Positions 1 through 13,179 are shown, counted from the whole stretch's first letter. The stretch is 60,764 nt of DNA, filler included, from Hausera hauseri (GCA_046269625.1; 11 parts of 11 records of this genome joined end to end with filler, not necessarily neighbours in it), one strand, 5' to 3'. Numbers and translations: made by a program. The notes: a model not told the origin generated them from the letters alone.

Positions 1-77
1 GAGTATAAATTGAATCTTCAACGACAATAGCAATCGGAAATTTGGCACTTACATGTGTTTGTCCAAGACGATTTAAG
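1..77 (+). repeat. 77-bp exact terminal direct repeat of contig 1 (second copy 5717-5793)
   Basis: gagtataaattgaatc...ccaagacgatttaag is identical at both contig ends, giving a 5716-bp unit. Confidence 0.95.
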
Positions 78-2371
78 ATAGAATTCTGGGAAATAATACT
101 ACATTAAAGTTGTGCAATTTTATACTCATTTATATTGTTCTATTTATGTTTTCATATAAGACTATGAATAACATAAAATCTGGTATATTGATCTAATTTT
201 CTAATTACTTTGAGAATTTTGATTCTTTCGCTGATTTACATTGTCTGTAAGTAATCATAAATCAAGTTGTTTATGAACAAATCTAAAGAGATTACATATT
301 TATAATGCTCTATTCTTTTTCTCGAATTAGGTACGAGGTCTTCTCCTCGTTTATAAACACACGTGAGTCCTTCTTGGTGGTTCGATGATATTGGTAAATC
401 ACCTACACCTATATTCATTTTCATAGTATCGTAATGAAAATTCTCTGGCCTCAACAAAGAAATTAATGTTATCGTTCTCATAAAATAACTATATGAAATT
501 TGAATTTATAAATTTTTATTTAATAATAAATTACAAGAATAAATCGACTTTAAGTTGTGATTATTCATTTATTGAAGCAAATAATAATTTATTTTTATAA
601 AATGATAATAAAACACCAACAACTGTCTATTTTATCATGGTTGCAATAAATAATAAACACTTAAATTTTGCCCGTAATATTATCTTGGTTATTTGGTCTT
701 TTTTATCGTTCAATCTGTTCATCCCAACGAAGTTGTCCGTTTAATTGATCCTGTCCGTTCATAGTTGTTCGATAATAATTTATAAGAATAGTCGATTAAA
801 TTTGTTGGTGTATGAAACGTCTAGCGGCCTCTAATAACGCTTGTAATTATTTTGATGTATCAACTTCCGGGGTTTCGAGTACTCGATAAATATTTGTTGA
901 CCGTAACTTGGCGTAAATCGAAGGTGGTAATTTTAGTAACACTGCTTTAGTCAGATTAGAAAATTTTCTCTAGCGTAAATAAATTACCTGCAGTAATTGG
1001 AAATAATGCTGAATGTCATAGAATGAGTTTGCCAAAATTATGTCCTAGTAAAATACGTGAATAGTAACTATTGTGTTCAAGTAAAATTGTGAGAGTAGAA
1101 ATTGTGTGTTTTCTATTTCTGATGGTTTATATACCGCCACATATTAGGAATTTTAGAACTTTCCAAAATACAACCAATTGAATTTCGAAAATTCAATTTT
1201 AAAATTAGTCAATCAATGATTGCACGTTTAGATTGAGTCACCATCGTGTGACTTTGTATAATTAAATTTATGATTCATAAGTCATACTGAAATTTTCAAA
1301 ATCTATTTTTTGAATATTTCAAATGTACTAATTAATTAATACATTATAAATTATAATTAATAATAATAATTTTAATTTCAAATCTATAAATCATATTTAT
1401 ATGATCTCGGATTAAATTGAATTTTACATGAATTTAAATTAGACTAGAATTTTTTATATTATTTAAGCTTGACGTTAAAATATTTAATATAATTTTGTTT
1501 TGTAATATTTAAATTTGATATCGCGATAAATAATGAAATGTTATAAATTATTCTTGGTCTGGCATTGAAATATATCAATTTCATCCATAATTCCATTTAA
1601 TCAAAAATGTACCAATTTTATCCAGATTTCCTTTTCCTGTTAAACTTATTTGATTTTTCATTCTGAATAGGAGAATACCATTATTTCCTGCTATATATAT
1701 CCTGGCACTTATAATACTTATACGCATTTATTTTCCTGTTTGTAATTCATTTAATGTTAATTAGTTACTTAGTTACTTTGCCGCCTTTGGTTAACAAGTT
1801 ATGTATATTATACAGAAATGGAGGAAATACCCATCAAGGCGATTAACATCGTCAAAACAGAAAGACATTTACATATACAAGGAATTTATTACTTATACAC
1901 AATATATACAAAAGTCATAGTTAATTAGCCTGCACTGCACAAGATATTTTGCCAATGATTCTTCGCTAAATTTAGATCACAATATAAATATTCATTTGTT
2001 AGTTTGACCGAGTTGTAGGTTTTGTATTGTGTTTCTGAGTTCGAATGTGTTATGCTGATTTTTGAATTTCTATATTTAAGGATTTTGAATTTCGGAGTTT
2101 CATTGATTAAGGACTTTGATTTCGGGCTTTCATTTATTAAGGAATCCTAACAATAGTTAGGATTCCTAATATTATGCAAAACTTTAACAATCAGATAATG
2201 CACTTAAAATCTAAGTTTTTATAATCTTGAAAGAATTAAACAATTTTATACTCATCTGTTGTATTGTCATCCTTTGGGACTGGATTTCTATTGTTATTTT
2301 AATTGTCGCTCATTTGTTTGGAATTCGATCTATTTGATAACAGAAGTAAATTATATTTCAATTCCCATTTT

Positions 2372-2553
2372 TTACTTTTCTTTGCCCTCGATTTCACCAT
2401 TATTGAATTTGTTGAACCAATTTCTACACGTTCTTTCCTTTATTGTGTTTTCTCCCAGAACTTCGTTAATTTTTATCGTAGTCCATATGGCATTCAAAAT
2501 TATGTTTCCAAAAAGTACATCAATTTACGTAGATCTTCTTTATGAAACTCCAT
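2372..2553 (-). pseudogene. Mariner transposase N-terminal HTH remnant
   Basis: Frameshifted translation MEFHKEDLRKLMYF/LNAIWTTIKINEVLGENTIKERTCRNWFNKFNNGE resembles the mariner first HTH (INxxxGxxTxxERTxxxWFxKFxxG). Confidence 0.7.
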
Positions 2554-3702
2554 TTAATTTCTACAACACAAATAGAATTAACTGATTTATATCTTCTTAC
2601 AAGAATCCAATTACGGTATTAATATAAACACATAAAATGAACCAAGCTAAATGCAACCTATCACAACCCTGCATTAATTCATTTATCTTCTAGTCGAAAT
2701 ATTAAATAATGGTAATTATTATAACTATTATAATATGTATAACACTACTAAAATTAGGCAAAAACTTTTCCTCAATCATATATGAATTGAAATCACAAAG
2801 TTGTGGATAGAATGCTTGTGAAAAATGATTCACATACAGTATGGAAAAGAATATATCGGATACACATACATTCGTTATTACACAAAATTTTGTGTAAGAA
2901 ATGTGATCTTTCAGAAATAATATTGAGTAATTCTTTCATAAAAATAACAAATGTTTATTGAACATGCAAGATTTAAATGACATCTATACTATTATTGTTG
3001 ATGAACGTACTCCTGATGTGATTGGTACCCTTACACGTCATCGAATTTTAATAAGTCATTAGAAATGTATATTCATATGAATAAACGTTATAAAGAACAA
3101 TGAAATTTTAAGTTAGTTAATTAACCAGATTGAACGACTACAAAAAATAATTTTATGCCTTCAGGTATGAAGTTTATACGATATATAATCCATAATATTT
3201 CGCTCAATAAAAACTATTAAATCAAAACTGCTCTATATATGGTCCAGCTTATTGGACAAAAATGTAAAGGTCCGATATTGTTAATACTTTATTTATTTAT
3301 TTTATTACTTATTTGTTAATAAAGGTTATTCAAAGGAAAAGTTTGAATAATAAAAAGTTGATAAATTTCCAAATGACTACATTTACAACAATTAAATTTT
3401 CTTGTACGGCAATAAATAAGTTTTACATATAATTTTTTATTTGTATTAAACTATATCAAACTTTTAAAATCATTTTCTTTTTACTATTCATAAAATAAAA
3501 CAACCTGTCAAGCAAAAGGCTTTTCACATAAATATGTTTACGCACGAGTGGAGAACTAAGTGGATATTGTTTGAGTTGGTAAAATATATAAATAAAAATT
3601 TAATAAAGCTATAAACTTAAATCATAAAAATAAACATAAATTATATTTATTTTAATTTAATTCCATTGGTTTTAATAACATTTTCAATTTCTATTACAAA
3701 AA

Positions 3703-4995
3703 TCATCTTTTCTTTCGTGGTTTAGCTTTAGGCCTACATGTCACTGCCCTTTCAGCCTTATTTACTGGTTGCAATCCATTGGATGAATTTGAAGATTGAC
3801 CGAAATTATAGCATGGAATCTGAACTGTATTTGAGATCTGTTTATCTGTGATATCCATCATTTCACAATCATTGTTGAACTGCGATAAGACGGGAAGCAC
3901 ATTTATATTTGAATTTTGGTTTGCTGATAAAATGGATAACTCATTGCTTGTTTTTACATTAATTAGCATTTGGTCACTGTTGGGTATGACTTCATCCCAT
4001 TCCATTGGAGTTGAACAATAAGATTCTTCAACTGGAAGATCATTAATAGAACTTACTTGTTCTTTTAACGACAAGTTTACACTTGGAAGTGTTAACTGTG
4101 GTATTTTATAAAATGTTGTATTATCTGTCTTTGAATTCATGATATCTTGAATTTCAGCTGTCTTTTCCGATGATATTGAACTAACAGTTTCTGTGATTAT
4201 TTGGACATCAATGTTTTCTTCTTTACTCGGTTGTGATACTGGTAAAAGATTATTAACCTTTGCGCTTTCCAATGATGTTTCATCATTTCCCGTAATTTCG
4301 TTTTCCTTCAAAATTGTTGGACATGTTTCAAGTCTTTTTTGATTGCATAACGTATTTTTCAATTCTTCGTAAGATTTTAAGTGATCCATGGTAAATTGGC
4401 ATTTTTGCAGTTTTATGTTGTAATCAGTTAATTGATAAGATTCGGATGCATCAAGAGTTGTAGACACTGAGTCTATCTTATTTTCGGAATTTTTCAGAAA
4501 CGATTCTTCAGTGTTTGTACCTTGTGACTTAAAGGAAACAATTTTATAAATTTCTTTTGGTGTTTTTGATCTTTTGATCCATTGAAATTTGGAACATTTC
4601 AAAGGTTTTCTAATAGGTCCGCAAGATGAATTTTTTCGATTGTCTGAATACATTTTGAGAGAAATTGGGTTTGTTTTATTCAAATTCACGAGTGGATTAT
4701 TTGTTTTCCTCGGAAAATGTAAACTATTTCTTGTTGTTACTGCTTTTTGAACAAAAGAACATTTTGGAGTTGTTACTTTAGAATAAGGTAGGTATCTGGT
4801 ACTTTCATGACGAAAATTCATTTGATTGCTTTTCGTATACGTCGCTAAATTTGAAACTTTCTTCAGAACATTGAAAACGGTTGTTGCATTTGAACAAATC
4901 ATAGACTTTAACATTTTAGAAAAGCTTTGATTTTCTTTATTAGAAACAATCATTATTCTATATGGTCTACTATAAGTTTCTTTCCTATATGACAA
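3703..4995 (-). CDS. Unassigned ~415-430 aa S/N/K/T-rich, probably disordered protein with basic C-terminal NLS-like tail
   Basis: 1.3-kb uninterrupted ORF in very AT-rich DNA ending RPKAKPRKKR; listed start is TTG, first ATG is ~14 codons in; no recognisable domain. Confidence 0.6.
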   Translation of the reverse strand: MSYRKETYSRPYRIMIVSNKENQSFSKMLKSMICSNATTVFNVLKKVSNLATYTKSNQMNFRHESTRYLPYSKVTTPKCSFVQKAVTTRNSLHFPRKTNNPLVNLNKTNPISLKMYSDNRKNSSCGPIRKPLKCSKFQWIKRSKTPKEIYKIVSFKSQGTNTEESFLKNSENKIDSVSTTLDASESYQLTDYNIKLQKCQFTMDHLKSYEELKNTLCNQKRLETCPTILKENEITGNDETSLESAKVNNLLPVSQPSKEENIDVQIITETVSSISSEKTAEIQDIMNSKTDNTTFYKIPQLTLPSVNLSLKEQVSSINDLPVEESYCSTPMEWDEVIPNSDQMLINVKTSNELSILSANQNSNINVLPVLSQFNNDCEMMDITDKQISNTVQIPCYNFGQSSNSSNGLQPVNKAERAVTCRPKAKPRKKR

Positions 4996-5793
4996 ATTTA
5001 ATAACTCGATATTTATTTATTCTGAATACCGTTGGATAACATATAATTGTAAACAATAATTAATATAGTAAATCAAAATCCGTCCAATTTCAAGTCAATT
5101 TAAAATTTTAGTAAATTCTAATAAATTGATATAGTAATTAAATGGATTTGTTACCATATGTCTAGAAGAGTGAAAGAATAAAACTATAGCATTATATAAA
5201 TTTCAAAATAATAAATATGTTCAGAGCCTTATGAAAATGTTGTATTAACTTCTGGTAGCAAATAGAATTAAATTGCATCGGTAGATACAACAATATGTAT
5301 TGCTAGAAAGTCTGTGTAATATAAGAGCTTTCAAAATTTACAAAATAAACGTTCAAAACAAAACGTTGTTTTTACACAAATATTTCAAATCAAATAAGTT
5401 TCATTGAAAAACCGTTTGATGAAATGTCGATCCGACAAAGTTTATAAACAGAAGTTACTTTTAAAGTATTTAACGATAATACTTTTCCATTCGTAATTTT
5501 TTGTTTATAATACTTTGAGTCATTCTAAAATAAATTCCATAATGTGAGAATTTAAGTTATTATTATAAGCTATATCCCTTTCCAATTGAGTGTTTCACTT
5601 TAACATTATGAATCAAAGTTTCATTATTATTTTGAAATTTTAAATTAAATTTCAATAATTATAACCAATACCATTATCATTAACTAGCAATAGAATGATA
5701 TTTACTATTATTTTATGAGTATAAATTGAATCTTCAACGACAATAGCAATCGGAAATTTGGCACTTACATGTGTTTGTCCAAGACGATTTAAG

Positions 5794-5893
5794 NNNNNNN
5801 NNNNNNNNNNNNNNNNNNNNNNNNNNNNNNNNNNNNNTTAATTAATTAANNNNNNNNNNNNNNNNNNNNNNNNNNNNNNNNNNNNNNNNNNNN
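5794..5893. other. Artificial contig linker (44N + TTAATTAATTAA + 44N); also at 13080, 17876, 22070, 28079, 34293, 38730, 43827, 48139, 52351
   Basis: Ten identical 100-nt blocks; the 12-mer places stop codons in all six frames. Confidence 0.97.
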
Positions 5894-6370
5894 GATGTTG
5901 CCTTTTGTCCATTGGGGAAATTTGAACTTAGTATCCGAGTTGAATATTTTGAATGGGAGGATTTCTCGATTTCTTTGTTTTCCGTATTTCAATACATTCG
6001 GTATTTTGGTGACGTCTTCTATCCTGTCCATTGAACAATCTAGATGGGCTATCACTTTGTCATAAAATGAATATGACATGTTTCCTTCGATTGTTCTCAG
6101 TCTTTTTAGGCTTTTCGGTGCATCTTCCTTCTTATTTCTTGGAATACTGTCTGGTAATTTGACAATATCTTTACCTCTGAATCTTGGGGCTGAATTTGTT
6201 GCTTTGTTGCTTCCGAATTCCGGAGCATGCTGATATAAGTTTTTTGACATGTTTCTTTTTTCATCTTGCTGAGGTGGAATCTTGCTTCTATATTCTTTTA
6301 ATTCTAATCCGATTGGCCAGCTAATAAATTTTCTAACATTTCGAATTATCTGATCCTCATTGGCTGCCAA
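5894..6370 (-). CDS. Truncated 3' accessory ORF of copy A, weakly similar to the N-terminus of 19738-21243
   Basis: LAANEDQIIRNVRKF vs LSVQDGAEIVQRVKSF, in the same position after the membrane protein; runs into the linker. Confidence 0.45.
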
Positions 6371-6639
6371 TTTATAAATTATATACTATAATATGATTCG
6401 CCCAAACATTATGCTCGTTATTAGTATGTAACTCTTTGTGTTCTCGTTAAAGAAGCTAAGAGTCTTTATTAATTAATTCCCCTTTGACTAGTTTTACAAC
6501 TAAAATAGGGACAAAACAAAATATCGTGTGTGATACTTCATTTCTATCCACTTCATTAATTAACTTTGGGTCTTTAATTGTTTGTTTTCCCATTTCTTTT
6601 TCTTCCTCAGTCTCATTTATTTGTAAGCACTGATGACCT

Positions 6640-8050
6640 CCTTAGACAATAAAATAGTGAGAGTCCTTCATTAATCTCTTCCCGCACTTGGGTTTTCTGC
6701 TTAGTGCAACAAGCATCATAAGGACAATACGGACACTTGTTATCAATATAAACATGCACCAATATTGTAAGATGTATGTTTCAGTAGTCCAGGTCGAAGC
6801 TGTAGTTAATTTTCATTTTTCATCGTCATCATTGTATCTTATGTAGCGATATTGATCTATTGCTGGTTGTGTTTTTATGACTACAATTTTAGAGTTATCC
6901 GAGGTCTCTATCCTCACCAGATAATTGGTGTCTGGCGTTAGTTTTTCACACAAATTTCGCTTATGTGCTTCATATATGATGCTAACTTTATCATGTGAGC
7001 CCGTGCAAGTTATCAAGAGGTTTTGTTCGTTAATTGTGTTTTGCAATATTATCTCAATACGGTCTGTGTACGGCGTTAATTTAAATTTGATAGGGAATTC
7101 TTTCATCCATTTTCCATAAAATACGTGTTTGTGTAATTTTTTCAACGTATACGGCTGCTGATCTTGTATTTTATGCCCGTTTTTTGATTTGGACTGAAAT
7201 TGCGATTTATCTCGATCGCCCCTTCCCTTAATGATAAGTGTAGTCCATAATTTTGGCGCTATCATTATTTTCACAGATCGTGGAGAAATTTTGCGCTGCT
7301 TGGGGTAAGCCGGAATGGGTATATTCAGTTTAACGGAAAAAGATTAGCAATACGGTGAGAGTGCACTCTAATGGATTGTCTATTTTCCAGCGTTTGGTAT
7401 GCATCCAAACAAATTCTGTACCAGATGTATAGATAGAGTGTACAACATAAACGAGTGTCATTTCTCTTAAGATAACAATAATGTGGTTTTAGTATGGATG
7501 TACAGATTGGGTCGAGCCATATGCTGATTTCCAATTCATACGGTAATAGCTGTGAAGTGCGGAAATTCACGCAAGGAGATTGTCTTGTAAGATCGATACT
7601 GGAAATCTCAAGGAATTGAGTAATAAAAGGGTTATGCGAAAATACATCGGAAGTTTCCAATATGTTCATCTCTCGGTAAGTAGGAACGTGAAGAATCATA
7701 TTTGGCTCCGAAAGAATGGTATTGGTATTGTTAACTTTCAATGCTACGTAATACGTGTAAGTCTGAACATAATTGACGGAGCAAAATGTTTTATTATGCA
7801 TGGCAAGAATTGTACAGACAGAGGAAACATTATGTTTTGATATAAGGACAAAATCAACCGTGTGATGTCTCATTATAGGTAGGTGAGTTCGAAGGCAAAT
7901 ACTGGGTTTATGTGCATCTATACTGATAATCGTAGTTAGTTCAATCAATTCAGCCTGCAGCGTAATCGTGATATTTCGGTTAATGTCAGCGATCGTAATA
8001 GGTGTTAAGAGAGTGAGGGAAAGGAGGATGAAAGTACCCAAGTATTTATT
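6640..8050 (-). pseudogene. Post-integrase type I membrane protein (signal peptide, two Cys-containing beta repeats, FN3-like domain, TM), copy A
   Basis: In frame with integrase: YLGTFILLSLTLLTPITIA; HYCYLKRNDTRLCCTL; LTPDTNYLVRI; hydrophobic WCMFILITSVRIVLMMLVALSRK near 6700-6770. Confidence 0.65.
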
Positions 8051-8169
8051 AAAAGTGGAGTGAACGGGGCAATATTCTGAGGTGCTCATCGGGTGAATTT
8101 TGAGCAATGCCGCTATTTTGGGTTCTTCCGTTTTGGGTATTTCTAGCTCTGTTTCGTAGATGAAATCGT

Positions 8170-9433
8170 TGTATGAAGTAGGTGCTCGGGTTACTCGTTG
8201 AACAGACACAACCTTGTATTTATTGGGCCCTTTCTGAATAAAGAGTGTCTGTGGGCGTACATCGACAACTTTGTACGGTCCTTGACCTGTACGTGTTAAT
8301 TTTAACGATTTGCCTTTCTTTACCACGGGGTAGTGAATCATGACGTAATCCCCAATTTTATAAGTATGTAGTCGTGCCTTTTTGTTAAATTGCTTTTTAT
8401 ATCCGGCTCTATAGTTTTGTTCAAACTCTTGCTTCTTTTGGAAAATATTCGAGTCGTTTGAGCAAATTCTGGTATTGTTCATCCATATGATCACCGGTTA
8501 ACAAGGTTGATTTTAATAATTCCGTATCTAATTGTAGTAAAGGTAATCGTCCGAACATTAACTCAAAAGGTAAATGATTGGTACTTTTGGTAGGTGTAGT
8601 ATTGATTACAAAGGCCGTGGTTTTCAGACGATTGTGCCAATCTTTTTCATTATGCGCTACATTTGTAGAAAGAATACGCTGAATAGTACGATTAATCCTT
8701 TCGATCATACCGTTACATTGAGGATGGTATGATGTCGTCAATAAATGTTTGCATTGGAATATTTTTGATAAATTTTCAAAGAATTCGCTAATGAAATAAG
8801 GTGCACGATCAATTAACAACTGTTTCGGGGTGCCTAGTACGGCAATGATTTTATAAAAAAAGGTTTCAGCGACTGTACTACTGTTCATGTTTTTTAATGG
8901 TACCAGTACAACGTAGCGAGAGAAATAGTTAACAAGTGACAGTATGTATTTGTATCCTGAGTCCGAAATCGGGAATGGCTCAGAGATGTCCATTGCGCAC
9001 ACTTCCATTGGCCTACGAGCTTCAGGTAAGCATCCTACAAACGGTTTGATACAATGTCCTCTATCTTTCCCATTCTTACCTATTCTTCAATATGTTTATT
9101 CATTTGAGGCCAATAATATTTAGCAGTTATACGCTTCAACGTCTTACTTAAAGACGGATGGCCAGCTAAGTGTGAATCATGTTCTTGAAGCATGATGGCT
9201 TTGATGGCCGGTGAAGGCACCACAAACAGTTTTCGTTCTCCGACTCCGAGTCGTAAAATGCCATCTTGAATTACTAAGTTGGCTCGGTTCTTTTTATAAA
9301 ACTTTTGAATGTGGTTTGATGCCGAGTCAACTATTTGTCCATTGATTAATTGTTTGATTTGAACAATAAAGGGATCTTGGTTTTGTAGAGTCTCGATATT
9401 TCGCACTTGGATTTGGCGCTGTTCTTGTAGCAT
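8170..9433 (-). pseudogene. Gypsy-type integrase (copy A)
   Basis: EHDSHLAGH..YYWPQM; AMDI..YILSLVNYFSRY; YHPQCNGMIER; PFELMFGR; GPYKVV. Confidence 0.92.
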
Positions 9434-9479
9434 GCTATATTTACTTTCAAATGTTTATCGCTCTCATTGTCTATGGATT

Positions 9480-10385
9480 TAAAAGCTTCGGCTACTATTC
9501 CTTCTTATGGCATTCTTGAAAGAGCATCGATGTCCTTGTTTTTTTGCCGGGACGATATCGATACTCGAAATCATAATTCAAGAGTTCCAACTTCCATCTT
9601 TGGAGTCGACTTGATACATGTCTATTGTCTGAGCGTAGGATAATAGTGCCTTATGGTCAGTAAATATTATAACCTTATGACCGTAGACATAATATTTGTA
9701 ATGTCGCAGTCCGTCACGGCTTGCTAATAGTTCTAATTCAGTAGTTGAGTATTTCCGCTCTGCATTATTCAAGCTACGTCCACCGTAGGCAATTACATAT
9801 TCGGTTGTTTCTTCTGGATTTTGTTTAGCTAATATAAAACTAATGGCTTTAATGCTAGCATCGGTTTTTAAAATGAATGGTAGTGAAAAATCTGGGTACC
9901 TCAATATTGGTGCTGACACCATTCGTTTTTTAATTTCATAGAATGCGTTTTGGTTCTCTTCGGTCCATTCCCATTTTTGGTCTTTCCGTAATAATATATA
10001 CTGAGGTTGATTAATTTCTGCAAAGTCGGGAATGAAGGTAGCATGAAATTCTCCCAATCCTAACAATGCTTTCATTTCATGCACATTGGTTGGAGGGGAT
10101 ATTGCAGTATTTTAGTTACTAACTCAGGGCTAGTTGATATACCTTTATTGGAAACGACAAATCCCAGGTATCTAACCTCCTTCTTACACCATTCACATTT
10201 CTTGGGTTTAATTTCAATTTAGCAAGTCTGATTCGGTCGAATACTTACTTCAATTCCGCTAAATGGGCAGATCATGTCTGGGACGCATTAAGGATATCGT
10301 CTATGTACGATAATCCTCGCACGCCTTTTAGTACTAGACGAATGAACTCTTGGAAGAAAGTGGGTGTCGTCTTTATGCCAAATGG
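9480..10385 (-). pseudogene. RT C-terminal half (N-terminal half deleted) and RNase H (copy A)
   Basis: VPFGIKTTPTFFQ, SYIDDIL, KCEW..KEVRYLG, FILKTDAS, VIAYGGRSLNNAERKYSTTELELL, FTDHKAL. Confidence 0.9.
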
Positions 10386-10699
10386 AACATTAAGTGTGTC
10401 TTCAACATTATTATATTCCGCTGTTGATGTGGTCGTAACTTTGTTGTCGTATTTCTCTTGGCGTGTAGTCTCCAGGGCTTGTCCAATTTGCGTTTTAGTG
10501 AATATCGTGACACATCTTGGATTGGGATGTAGAACTTCTACGGGAATGGTTCCTCCAATTACTTTAACGCAATAATGTGGTTTCGGTACGAATTCGATCA
10601 CACTGTTGTCTGGGAATATCGTTCTGGCGTGTATAACCATTCTAGAGGTGGGTGGTATTTTCTCAACATGTCTGTTTTGTTGTAATTAGGGGGTTTATC

Positions 10700-11045
10700 A
10701 TCATTATTTGGGCAAATTGATCCCAATTGTAGGTTTAAGTGTACACATTCTAATTTTCGCAACACGTTCATACCCAAAATGCATCGCGGATCCAAGATAA
10801 CCATTACATCAAAAGTTATTTTGACTCTGTCCGCAAATCCATGGTTCACATTTCCAGTATCCATAAGGTATACTGCATTGGTGGAAGGCCGAAGTAGTAC
10901 CAGGCGAGCCTTTAGTAGCCAATTTTATTTGAGATTGTAAGTCTTCCGGAATTGCATGTTTTGCTATTAATGCAACGTTAGCTCCAGTGTCAACCATAGC
11001 ATTTAGGTCGAAACTATCAAAGTAAACTGTGGGGTGAGGTCAATT
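10700..11045 (-). pseudogene. Retropepsin aspartic protease (copy A)
   Basis: AMVDTGANVALI and downstream CILGMNVL. Confidence 0.85.
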
Positions 11046-11699
11046 ATCCCGTATCAGCTCGAGAAACGTTAATACTTCGTTATGATTATCTATATGTGGT
11101 TTCATCAAGCTGTATCTAGCTGAACAATATCGGGTAGTGCCACTTGATAATATAACCGGTAAACTTTCCAAAATTAAGTATTGTTTTCCACTTCTTTCAC
11201 TCCCTCTTTGAGTTCAGTCAGGTTTGGGTAGCAACTTACACGTTGTAATGTTGTGTTTTGCTTACTAACGTATTCTAAGGTCGTTACATGGGGTTATCTA
11301 TGTACTTGATCTTTCATTAATCGGTTTGTCTGGTGATAAGGTAAAGGTGGCAATATACCTAACTTAGGTGATGTAGGTAATGTTACACGGTTGTTTTCCA
11401 TGTTTCGTGTTATAATGGATTGACGTATCTCTTCCTGAGAGTATTTTGGTAAATTACACAGTTTTATATACTCCTCCATTTTTCCATACGAGTCCTTTAT
11501 GTCTGTTAATATTGGTAATTTACAAATGAACACTGTTCTATTCTCATATGGCGCAGCAAGTGATTTGGGTCTATTTTTCTCCTTTGATTTCATAAACCTG
11601 AATTTCCATTTCGTATCTTTTGTAATCCTTGTGGTATGATAGTATCCAGGAGCATTCTTATCATCGGAACTATACGGGGTGTCCCTTGAAAGTTGCTTC

Positions 11700-13079
11700 T
11701 TCGATTTATAATCGACATGTTTTCTATTTTACCTCACCATTGTTTCTCATGGTAAGCTTTAATGAATTTACCAAATGTGGAAAATGGAGCATTTATTATG
11801 CTTAGAGATACTCCTGTTAAGTTGTAGATCTCATAGGCGTTTAATACAAAATTGATACAGATATTCAAGGTCTGTATAATGAAGTATATGGCCAGAAACC
11901 CACAGGCTACTTGGTCAAATCTCAGGAATCCGCCACACATATTATACCACAAATTTGAAACGATTTTAGTATAGGCGTCAGGTGTCTACAACCGGTCCCA
12001 TTTTACTTCTCCGGCTGTGTCGTCGATTACTCAGTGTATTTTGCGATTTACTATTCGTTCTCTCCGTCGAGGATATGCTAAAGACTTCACAAATGAGTCC
12101 ATTTCTTTTTTGCTTTATAATTCGGATTTGGACACGTCCGTAAACATATTGATTTCAATTGCATGTTTCAAATTCGCCATGGTCAATTTCTTCGGTCTTT
12201 CTTTAACTCTTTCACGGTCCGGTAATCTAACCCAAAGATCCTGATTATCGTACTTTATAAATGGTTTATTCAGTTCTGAACAATTTTGGATTTCGGTGGG
12301 TATTGTATGTGGCGCTAGAAGTACTCTGGTAATCAGTTGAACATATCGGATTTCTTCATTATACCTAACAGGTATCTCAGAGTAACATGGAGTACGCCTA
12401 ATCAAGAGTAGGTCTATTCTTTCACATTTGTATGTATATAGCACTTCTCCTAGGACTCTGCCCCGAATTCCTTCGACGAAAGGGAGGGTTATTGTGATCA
12501 TTTCTGGGTTAGATGAGTATATGGCCAAACGGTTTGTCAAAGTTTCAAAATTCATTCTGAAAAATTTTGAATGGTCTAAGAGTATATTTCGTCAATTGCT
12601 TTGTGAGTTAGATAAAACAAAAAATCATCAAGGTGTGCGATATAATCGGCAATATTCATTGACTGGGCTTTGTTAATGGGAGGATTATCCGCACATTTGA
12701 TCTCTCTTTTCGATATAAAATAATTATCGTAATTAGTATTGTACACTTGTTGTCCGCATTTTGTAATCGCGTCTTGTTGTATAAATTTGACTCCTCCTTT
12801 AATATCCTTAGATATCACAATTTTAGGAGTTTTTACTTTAGGAATAACTTAAATATTGGTATGCTCGAAATTAGTCTTATAGTGACGGGCATAAATTTTT
12901 CCTGTGGTTACAATAAATTCTCCTTTTCTGATTTGTACAAATGTACAATCATGCCTTGTGGGGGGGTGTCCACACTATTGTAAATATTCTAGTATGACAA
13001 TGTCCAGTTTGCAACTTACAAAAAAATGCGTCTACCACTGTGTTTGTACTAATCCTTAATTTCGTCCTCGTACTGGTCA
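11700..13079 (-). pseudogene. Chuvirus/gB-like fusion glycoprotein, C-terminal part (copy A)
   Basis: GRVLGEVLYTYKCE, CYSEIPVRY..RYVQLITRVL and TM FLAIYFIIQTLNICINFVLNAYEIY; collinear with 58062-59240. Confidence 0.8.
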
Positions 13080-13179
13080 NNNNNNNNNNNNNNNNNNNNN
13101 NNNNNNNNNNNNNNNNNNNNNNNTTAATTAATTAANNNNNNNNNNNNNNNNNNNNNNNNNNNNNNNNNNNNNNNNNNNN

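Larger units (their letters stand above)
5894..13079 (-). mobile_element. Decayed large Ty3/gypsy element, copy A: glycoprotein - PR - partial RT - RNase H - INT - membrane protein - 3' ORF
   Basis: Collinear minus-strand fragments with DTG, PFG/YIDD, TDAS, HH zinc-finger, integrase core and GPY motifs, flanked by two different membrane-protein regions. Confidence 0.9.

Noticed and set aside
236-481. 81-aa ORF, and the antisense ORFs over TE genes (e.g. 20766-21098, 22733-23305, 57096-57548)
   Set aside because: No recognisable motifs; the antisense ORFs are shadows of real coding strands.
1755-2152. Solo LTR with TGTTA...TAACA ends
   Set aside because: No matching target-site duplication and no second copy in the window.
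5838-5849. Recurrent TTAATTAATTAA motif as a biological site
   Set aside because: Always centred in N-runs; it is an assembly linker.
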